A stretch of 64,000 bases of DNA from NCBI GenBank assembly GCA_013239625.1, contig MU054693.1, positions 558,001 through 622,000 on the forward strand, given 5' to 3'. The stretch's first letter is position 1. The number at the start of each line of letters is the position of its first letter. The notes under the pieces are model-generated. The model saw nothing but the letters and a program-made list of their open reading frames with translations. It had not been told where the DNA came from and did not search any database. This DNA is from Lama guanicoe (Eukaryota). This document shows positions 1 through 64,000 of this stretch, in pieces. The position numbers and the translations under genes are program-made.

Positions 1-37
1 CCGACCCGGCCCTGCCGTTCACCGTGCTCCTGAACTG

Positions 38-13752
<13,715 letters not shown>

Positions 13753-14429
13753 CTTGCAAAAAAGCAGGCGTGGGAGGATGCTCTGGGAAAAAAGCAGGAA
13801 ATTGTCATCAGAACACCTGTGGCAGGCACCCTGAAGACTCACAAGAGACTGAACAGGACCCTGGATGCACCAGGGAGGACCACGGTGTGGGGTTGCTGAG
13901 AAAGTCAGGTGGGTACCAGCAGTCAACCAAGGTGGGGATTCAGAACTGAATATTCATTCGCTCCACCAACACCTGCTGGGCACTTCCTGTCAATGAATGA
14001 GGCTGCCTCCCTGCCTCACCTCATCTGGGCAGTGTGAACAGCTTACAGCCAGGTGACCTCCATCCCCTGAGCCTCAGAGCCTCCCTCCCTTCCCGCCTTG
14101 TGACAGCACCATCCCCTGGGCGTCCCCTTTCTCACCCTGAGGGCGCATGTGCAACCGGCAACCTGTTTCCTTCCCGAGGCTTCATCCTCCCTTGGGCTCC
14201 ACTTCTCTTATCTGCCTCCGGCACCCTGTTTCTCTTTTCTGCATCTGGTCTCTAGCAGTGCGCTTCCATCCTTACGGCTACATCTGTCCTGGATGTTTCT
14301 CCCTGCAGCTTCATCTGCCCTGAGCACCCCTCTTCTCTCCAGAGATGTGATCTGCCCTGGGAGGCACTGCCTTTCTCTCACACTTTCTCTCACTTGTCCC
14401 GGGCCGCTATCCTTCCCAAAGATTTCACC

Positions 14430-15170
14430 TGCCCCTGGGCGCCGCCCCTTTCTCGCCGGGCACAGCTGCCCCGGGCGTTCCCTTCTCAGACCCAGGCTGC
14501 GTCTTACGGCAGGCCCCTCTCCCGGCGCACACCTGCCCTCGGCCCCGCCGCGGGGTCGCGCAGGACCCGGCCGCCCCCGGCCCCAGTTCCCCCGCAGGCC
14601 GCGCACGCGCGTCCCGCACTGACTGTCCGGCTCCCGGCTGGGCTGTAGTCCCCAGCACCCTAAACGTACTCAGCGTTTCTTGAAGTCCCCGCAGAGCCGC
14701 TCCCCGCGCCCGGCCACGCCTCGGATCGGCCTTGGGGGCGGGGGGTGGCGCGCCGACCGTTGAGGGCGAGGGCGCTCGGCACTCTCCGCCGCCCACCGGC
14801 CCGCTCGACGCTCGACTCGCCGCGTCTGCGGGCCCCGCGGGGGGTGTGGCGCGCGTGCGCAGTGGGCGAGGGCGACGCGCGTGCGCACCGTGTGGACTCA
14901 AGCCGCCTTGGGGTCAGTAACGGCTTTGGCACTCCGGGATTGCTATGCGCGCAAACACGGGCACCTCCTTAAAACGACCCAGTGGGACCTTATCTGCACT
15001 TCGCTCAGTGTGGCGCCGACGCGCGCGCAGGCGGAGGCGGGCCTGGGGCCGCTGCGCCCCCCGTCCCCCGTCCCCCCCGGCCCCACACAGCCTTCGTGGC
15101 CCGGCGCAGCGCGCTCCGCAGCGGGACACAGTACCTCGGGTTAAGGGAATGGCCGGGACGATTAACCGGC
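14430..15170 (-). promoter_or_regulatory. POMT1 CpG-island promoter and probable non-coding exon 1 (candidate donor GTCAGT at 14623-14618)
   Basis: Sharp rise in CpG/GC; GC box (ggggcggg ~14734); NRF1-like GCGCGTGCGC twice (~14851, ~14877); GGACTACA-type element at ~14644-14652 on minus. Boundaries approximate. Confidence 0.8.
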
Positions 15171-15699
15171 AGGAAGACAACCCTGCTTCCCGGCCCCTTG
15201 TCGATATGGGAGTTAACCCTCAAGAACAAAAGGATACTGCAGGTTCAATAACTGAAATGAATGTTGGTCACCCGGTGTTAGGCGGCATTACCTAGGTTGT
15301 GGGGAGGGAGGGAGCTGGGCTTCCTGGGCCCCGGAGGATTGGGGTTGGGCTCTCAGCCCTTGGTCTTTCATACAAAAGCAGGGACCGTCCGCGTCATCAG
15401 AATTCAGAGGCCCCATCCTGTGGGGTCCTGTGGGGCCCCCGGGCTCCCTCGCGGCAGGGCTCCTCGAGGTCTGAACTGCCTGTCACCAGAAGCAGTGAAT
15501 CCAGGGGACGGGGTGGCCGGTAGAGCTGAGCGCCTCCCTGCCCTGGCTCGAGGATTCTACAGTCGAGAGGCTCAGGAGGAGAATCTCCGGGCCGGGATTC
15601 CTCATGGAAACTGTTAAACTTACTTGGGGATAATTTAGAAGTTTCCTACAGTCTTACCTGGTGCAAGCTGCCCACGACCTCCTTGCAGCCACACTCCCC

Positions 15700-15850
15700 C
15701 ACGGGGTAGGCACTGGTTACAACTCATGTTTTACAGTGAGGGAAATTGTGACTCAGGAATGGTGAAGTGACTCTCCCAAGGTCGCAAAGCCATCAGTGGA
15801 TGGCAGAAATGACAGCTATTGCTTGAACCCAAATCCAAGCTCTCGACACT
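15700..15850. mobile_element. MIR SINE remnant
   Basis: MIR core-like ttttacagtgagggaaattgtgactcagg...gtgaagtgactctcccaaggtcgca...ttgaacccaaatc. Confidence 0.6.
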
Positions 15851-16194
15851 GCCCTGCCGGCACCTGGCCTGCTCTCTCCTATCCCAAGGTGCAGCACAAT
15901 CCTCTCTAACTTACAGCCAAATGGGATGCTAGAGGTGGCAACAAAACAGGACAAATGAGGAGCAGGGCGGCGAGGGCAGGGGTGGGACTGCTAACCCACC
16001 CCTTTGGAAGATGCTTTAACCGCAGGTTTCAACCGCACCTCCCCCCAGAGTGCCATAAGGTGTTTCAGTCCAGTCTCTCCTGATATTCAGAGAACGAAAA
16101 CTTTTGTCTGTGAGTCTCTAGTCAAATGACAGAGAATCGAGGACACATAACCTGTGGAAGCATGTTCAGCGGTGGTTTTTTTTTTTTAACTTTT

Positions 16195-16200
16195 TTTATT
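16195..16200 (-). terminator. Candidate distal polyadenylation signal AATAAA of PRRC2B
   Basis: tttatt on plus strand at the end of an AU-rich UTR block. Confidence 0.65.
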
Positions 16201-18002
16201 TAAATAAGGAGAATTCTTTCATATGGAAAGAGCTAGTACAATCACATATTTGAAAGGAGAAACAACAGGTACTGAACCGGAGGGAAGAGGGGAGGGTGAG
16301 TGGGCCACCATGGCCAGTTGAGTCCACAGTTCCATTTCCATCCAAGGTCAAAGCTCCCCCAAACAACGTAGAAACAAGCTGCATGTTACACCTTTAGCCA
16401 TCGTCTGCCCTTTCAAATATCTGGTCTACGTGAAAAGACAAAGAGAGGAAAGGCCAAAATAAGGAAAAAAAAAAAACCACCCTCTCAGGAACAAAACCCC
16501 AAACCCTTTTGATGATGCAAGGCATGAGGTCCGAAGCCTGGAGTACAGTATCCCCTCTGAACAACGGAAGAGTCATCCACGGAGCTTTACAGAAAGTTCC
16601 ACTCCCAGGCTTCGCAGCGTGAAGGAAGGGCCCTGGAGACACTGCTGCCATCTTGGAGACCACCTAACGGCTGGAGAAAAGCTGAAAAGCAGGTGGGATG
16701 CACCGGGAAGATCACTAGCCACAAATGCGCTGGTGGTCCGGGTCGAGAGCACAGCTGGGGGGCAGCGTCTGACCCCGTCCCTGAGCCACTCCTGTCGGGG
16801 TGATCTCTCTTAGGTCCGTCTCACATTTTTCAGACAGGAAGAGCTGGCTTTCTGGAAGTCTGCATTTCCCAGTCATCACAGAACACAACAAAGCACAAAC
16901 ATTGTAGTGTCCTTGGCTGTGGAAGGCCATTTCCAACAGACCTTCTAACCCAGGCTTGCTCTGCAAGAAGGGAAAAGGAACAAATGCAAATTTGAGAGGC
17001 AACATGCAGCTACTTGGCAGAGGGGAACCAAACAGCAGAGGGGGCTTTCCCAGTTCACCACCCACTGCCCCAAGGGGCCAGATCTGCATGAGGCTGCACA
17101 CGTGTGCACACCCTCCACCTCCTTGGCCCGTGGGCATTAGTCACAAACCTCATCAACCATCCAGAAGGTGGATCCAGAAGACAGGAGGACGAGGGTACGG
17201 CTGGAGAGAACTGATGCCAATATTTAACAAGCTACCACAGTATCCCCTCAAAATGGCTGGAATAGCCATGGCTTTGGAACCGGACCAACCAAGTTTCCTG
17301 AATGTGGGAAAGTCATCCTTTAGTTTCCCCCCTTAAAGAACCAAGAGCCAGAAGTGTATGAATTCCAAGTTTGAAAACAGTAATCATGTTGATGAAGCAA
17401 TGGTAAAGAAAACCAGACCAAATACAGCTGACAAAGTCTTCAGTGGGGGACGACGCCTCACAGATACATGAACCCACACTCTGGGGCTTCACCCCACTGA
17501 GAAACTGACGCTGGACGTGCACTACGGCGGGTCACTGCTGCCGAGTAGCGGGCTACAGCTTCAACAGCCAGGGCAAAGCTGCCAGCATCAGAAGAGAGGG
17601 CATTTTTAGTAGGCAAAGGTGCAGGGAGAAGGTTCTGACACCCCCCACAACCTCAGTGGCAGAAAAGTTAAGTGCTGGTCTTCACCTGTTCCCGCCAAAG
17701 CCTCAGAGCATTCTGGCAGAGGCCTCTGCATGGACATGCACTCTGAGGATGGGGATTTGAAGCCAAAGTAAGACCGTAAGTCCTATTACCTTGAGCTTGG
17801 CTCTAAAAACCACATTAGAGGAGAGATATTGCACCTTAAAACATGTCTGCACTAATCAGACCTGATTAACTCTGCATTTAATCAGGCCAAGGAAGGGACT
17901 GGGTGTTGGGCAGGCCTGAGGCCTACCTTCTGCCTCCAGAGTTCAATTCAAAATCCGTATCTTAGTGGGAAAGAGACCACAGCTTGGGCACAGAGAGGTG
18001 GT

Positions 18003-18161
18003 NNNNNNNNNNNNNNNNNNNNNNNNNNNNNNNNNNNNNNNNNNNNNNNNNNNNNNNNNNNNNNNNNNNNNNNNNNNNNNNNNNNNNNNNNNNNNNNNNN
18101 NNNNNNNNNNNNNNNNNNNNNNNNNNNNNNNNNNNNNNNNNNNNNNNNNNNNNNNNNNNNN
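18003..18161. other. Sequence gap (159 N) in PRRC2B 3'UTR
   Basis: Run of N. Confidence 0.99.
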
Positions 18162-20483
18162 GAGTGGGGGATACAGGGGTAGAGAAAAGGGCAGGATAAC
18201 AGGTGACCCTTTTTTCCCCCCTCAAACAGGGAGCACTGTCACTGTGATGGCAGGTTCACCTGAAGGGTACATCTTGAGTTTGTAACAGCATCCAGGACTG
18301 TTCTGTTGAATTTCAAAGTGACAAAAACTTTTTTCCTTTTGACAGACAACGTGCACTGGAATTAAGTGTGAGGGGTCTGGCCGTGTTTTCTAACTGTAAG
18401 TGTGTGGCTCCCGCAGGGGCGGCCGGAAGCAGAGAGGAGGGCGGCTCGGGACTGGGACAGCAGCCAGATGCCCGCCGGGGAAGTGGGTGGAGAGCTCATG
18501 GGCACACGGGGCCCTCCATTCAATGGGTGGCCCTTTAAGAAGGGACTTTAGGGTCAAGATTCAGGGGATGAAGGAGAAAAAAAGACAGGCTAGTGAGAAG
18601 TAAGGTCTGAGAGTAGAGGCAAGGAGGGGAGTGCTGAAAGCTATTGTTTAAGCAGTAAAGCATCCGGTCCTCTCCAGATGACCCCAGGAAGAGACCTGGG
18701 CACTCTGCTAGGAGGCTGTCCCCATTCCCTTAAAGCAGTGAGGAGCAACGAGCAGTGACCCCAGTGGTCCCCGAGGCACTTCCTTTCCTGTGTCCTCACT
18801 GGACACGGAGCTGAAGACCACGGCCCGGGGCACATCCCCTATTGCCTACCCCTCATCCTCTGAGCCAGGTCTTCCCTGGACCCACCAGCAATGACAGGTA
18901 GATGGCTGGTTAGTTACTCTGAAGAGAATGTGCAAAGCTTGAAATAAACATCCTCTCGCCCTTCCTTGGGATGACAGAATCTGGGAGGATTTCCTTCTAG
19001 TTCTTCTTTTAAAAACAAGAAAACCCCCAGCATAAAATGCCTCACACACACATCCTGACAGAGGCGGCTCTGCAGACTCAAGAGACCACCCAGGCTGTTC
19101 CAGAACCACGGTCAGCCCTGCGACCCATCTTACCTTCCCCCGGACCCTGCTCTGGCCTCTGCAAAGACCCACACCCACTGCCCAGTTCAGGCCTCTCTGT
19201 CCCAGCAGCCTCCCAGACCACGTGCAGATCCAGCCAAACCGCCATCCGTGCCCTCCGGTCACCATGCAGAGGAACTGCACGGTCTCTGGTGACAGCCACC
19301 CCCACTCCCATCACCACACGGAGGAACCGGTTTCTAGCTGCATGGGAAGTGGAGGGACAGGAGGACCCAGAGAGGAGGCGGCAGGCTCAGGAAGAAGGAA
19401 GGAGACGGGCATGATATGGAAAGTTTGAGGAAAGGGGGAGTATGTGAAACAGCCCCTGAAGGTGCTGAAGCCCCAGAAGCAGAGACGCTGAAGGGTGATG
19501 GTGCCTGGTGCTGTCCGTGCACTGCCCAGGCCAAGCTGGAAAATGCCAGAGCCTTAATCTCCATGATTCACCTTGGGTGCCCAGCGGTCAGTGTTCCCAC
19601 TAGCTTCAGAAGAGTCTAAGACAGAAATTCTGTTTAATTCTTATGCTAAAAACGCCATTAACCTCACTGGGCTGCCCGTAAGCTCCCCTGGGCCATCAGG
19701 CCAGGGGCTGGAACTCAACTGAAACGCCGCCCACCCGCCCACCCTCCCCGCCGCATCACCACCTCCCAAGCACACGGTGGGACACCCTGTGCTTAGGAGA
19801 GTATCTTAAATCACCACTCCTTTTTACAAGTAACCTCAAGGATTAACCAACAGAGATCAGGAGAGGACACATTCTTAAGAGTCATCTCTTAAGGTATCGC
19901 TGTGATGTGCCAAACTAACAGGAGAGAGTTCATAGGAAACTACCAGAACAGAAAAAGGGGTGGGGAGAGAATGGTGAAGGACATATAAAAGTCCAGCTAC
20001 ACAGACATAGCTTGTGTTTTTGTTTTCTTTTCCTTTCTCCTTTGTAAAATCTTTAGCTGCTTTTTAAAACAAAAAGTCTCCAACTAATAAAATGGCCCTG
20101 CTGCCAAACCAGTGTGCCTGGGGACAGACAGGAGGCGGGCGGGGAGGAAGCGCTGTGAGGGCCCCTGCGGCCAGGAGGGAGCGGGACAGGAGGGACGGCT
20201 CATCTGCACTGCGCGAAGGCTGTCCCTCCACAGTCGTGGCGGAAAGGAGATGGGAATGGAGTCGTCTGCTTTTTTGTTTGTTTCGTATTCAAGCAAGCAG
20301 GTCAATGCCACGTATCCAGGGGTGCAAGCTGGTTGGACGACGTTGCTTTCAGGAGTGGAGAAGAGAGGGAGGTCTCTCAGTCCCTCCCGGGGGTGGACGG
20401 TGCATCCATCCGTCGGTGAGACTCCGCAGCATCAGCATCCGGTTGCGTGGCGGCGGTCCTCGGGGCAGGCGGCCAGAGCCCCT

Positions 20484-62297
<41,814 letters not shown>

Positions 62298-63762
62298 TCA
62301 CAAACACCAACCCAGCCCCATCAGAACCAGCAATGTGCTCAGCGTGGACTTGATGTTGAGACCAGGGAATCCCTGACACGTTTTCAAACTCTGCTCAACA
62401 GAGGCACCTCCAGAGACCCCCCAGTTCCTGAGGTAGAGCAGAGGTGTGGAAGGGTCTGGGGCCTTCACCCTTGTCTACCCCGGCAGCAGCCCGTGGGGCC
62501 CTCCTGCGGGCTACAGGCTGAGAACTGCCAATCCTCCCTGACGTTTCAAGGTGATGCTTTCTACTGCCCAACACAGCAGAATCTGATGGAATTAAGAGGC
62601 CAAGGAGAAATCAGATGAACCAAAAAAAACTCTTTTCAATCAACTTTTTGGTAGGAGTTGAAACATGAAGACCCCTGAATACTTGACCCCTGTGAGAATG
62701 AAGCTCAGGACGGGAGCCTCAAAATCAGAGTCTGCCCCCAGCTCTTCAACCACCCGTGTGTGACCTTGGCCAAGCCCTGTGATCACCCCTCTGGCCATCT
62801 GCTTCTTCATCTTCTCAAACCCGAAAGAATAGTTCTGAGAAGCTTCTCCTAGTTCTAATTTTTTAAAGTCCTATAGCAGCTCATCTTAATTAATCCCTGT
62901 AAGTTCCAGTTCTTGGCCTAAGGAATTTGATTATATTTTTGGAGTGGACAAAATAACCGAGCAATGGTCACTGAAAAGGCAGTATGTTTCATTAAAGAGT
63001 CACATAGTGATCATTTCATTTACGGAGTATCAGTTCTGACTTTTGGATACCTTGGGGAGTTATCAAAACAAGCAGATAAAAGTCCCTCATATTTCAGGAC
63101 CCAATCAACACCCACCCCTCAACCAGAGCTATTTCAGAACCCGTGATTAGAACAGATGGAAAATCTCATTTCTAAACAAAACCTTATCTTCTTACCACCC
63201 TAGGCCACTAAGAAAAAGACATCAGCAGCAAGCATCACTCCACCATCCTGCTGGCCCCTTGGCCAGCGCCTGGTGAGGGGGCCGGGGAGACTAGTGCTGG
63301 GCTGGTGACTCAACCAGGGGGATGGATTAAAAAAATACATTCTAATCTGGCTAGGGATGGGGGAGGGCTGGAAATCAGATTTTTTAACAACTCCCCAAGT
63401 GATGCTGATGGGATCTGTCTAGGTTTGGGGACCACAGCTTAGAAAACCACCTCTGGAATCAGGGGCCAAGCTGGCCCGTCTGTCCTCGCCACGACCACCC
63501 ACGCTCAGCAGAACAGACATCCCATGACAGCCGGGAAGGCAGATAGGCCTGGCCCGACCCGAAGGTCAAGACAGGAGGAGTGACCTCCAGCCCAGCCCAG
63601 GGAGTAGGTCCGGCAGATGCAGGGATCAGGTGCAGGGTCAGTAACCACGCCTTTTGGGCAAGAAGCCTGGACCCCCGAGCTCTAACTTTGTGAGAAGTGG
63701 CACACTTCTTAAAGGTCAGAAAGGTGGGGAAATCCTGCTGCTCCCACGGGCGCCCAGAGGGG

Positions 63763-63942
63763 NNNNNNNNNNNNNNNNNNNNNNNNNNNNNNNNNNNNNN
63801 NNNNNNNNNNNNNNNNNNNNNNNNNNNNNNNNNNNNNNNNNNNNNNNNNNNNNNNNNNNNNNNNNNNNNNNNNNNNNNNNNNNNNNNNNNNNNNNNNNNN
63901 NNNNNNNNNNNNNNNNNNNNNNNNNNNNNNNNNNNNNNNNNN
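63763..63942. other. Sequence gap (180 N), probably hiding PRRC2B exon 6
   Basis: Minus-strand pyrimidine tract ending ...ctccataag abuts the Ns exactly. Confidence 0.65.
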
Positions 63943-64000
63943 CTTATGGAGCAAGTGAGAGCAGCATCACAGCTCTCTGCTGCAGCAACTGCCCATCCCC

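Larger units (their letters stand above)
16180..20483 (-). other. PRRC2B: PRRC2B 3' UTR (~4.3 kb)
   Basis: Spans from the stop codon (20484) to a minus-strand AATAAA at 16195-16200; no splice pattern recognised; repeat-poor. The 3' end is inferred. Confidence 0.7.

Noticed and set aside
13753-13926. N-terminal extension of POMT1 suggested by ORF 13630..13926
   Set aside because: Non-ATG start, and it crosses the exon 2 acceptor at 13782/13783 into intron.

Overview
Mammalian genomic DNA with two tandem minus-strand spliced genes. It is probably from a camelid, inferred only from a tRNA-Ala-derived Vic-1-like SINE at ~12.2 kb. (1) POMT1 (protein O-mannosyltransferase 1) has a complete CDS: 19 coding exons, ATG at 13752, TAG at 38-40, summed CDS 2175 nt = 724 aa, all introns GT-AG, and a CpG-island promoter at ~14.4-15.2 kb. 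(2) PRRC2B (BAT2L) is present from about exon 6/7 to the last exon (stop 20484-20486), with a ~4.3 kb 3'UTR ending ~1.5 kb upstream of POMT1 exon 1. Two intronic C/D snoRNAs (SNORD62A/B) sit in PRRC2B introns. The most unusual structure is a near-perfect tandem duplication (474 + 444 bp) of the PRRC2B polyQ exon with its splice sites. The copies carry pure (CAG)29 and (CAG)19 tracts. This is either a real exon duplication that would need mutually exclusive splicing or, more probably, two alleles assembled in tandem. Three of the four N-gaps fall on expected PRRC2B coding exons. The remainder is intronic, with old L1, MIR and DNA-transposon remnants. Exon numbers follow my recollection of the human gene structures. 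I see no support for a wholly new gene system; most ORF-track entries are GC-rich shadow ORFs.
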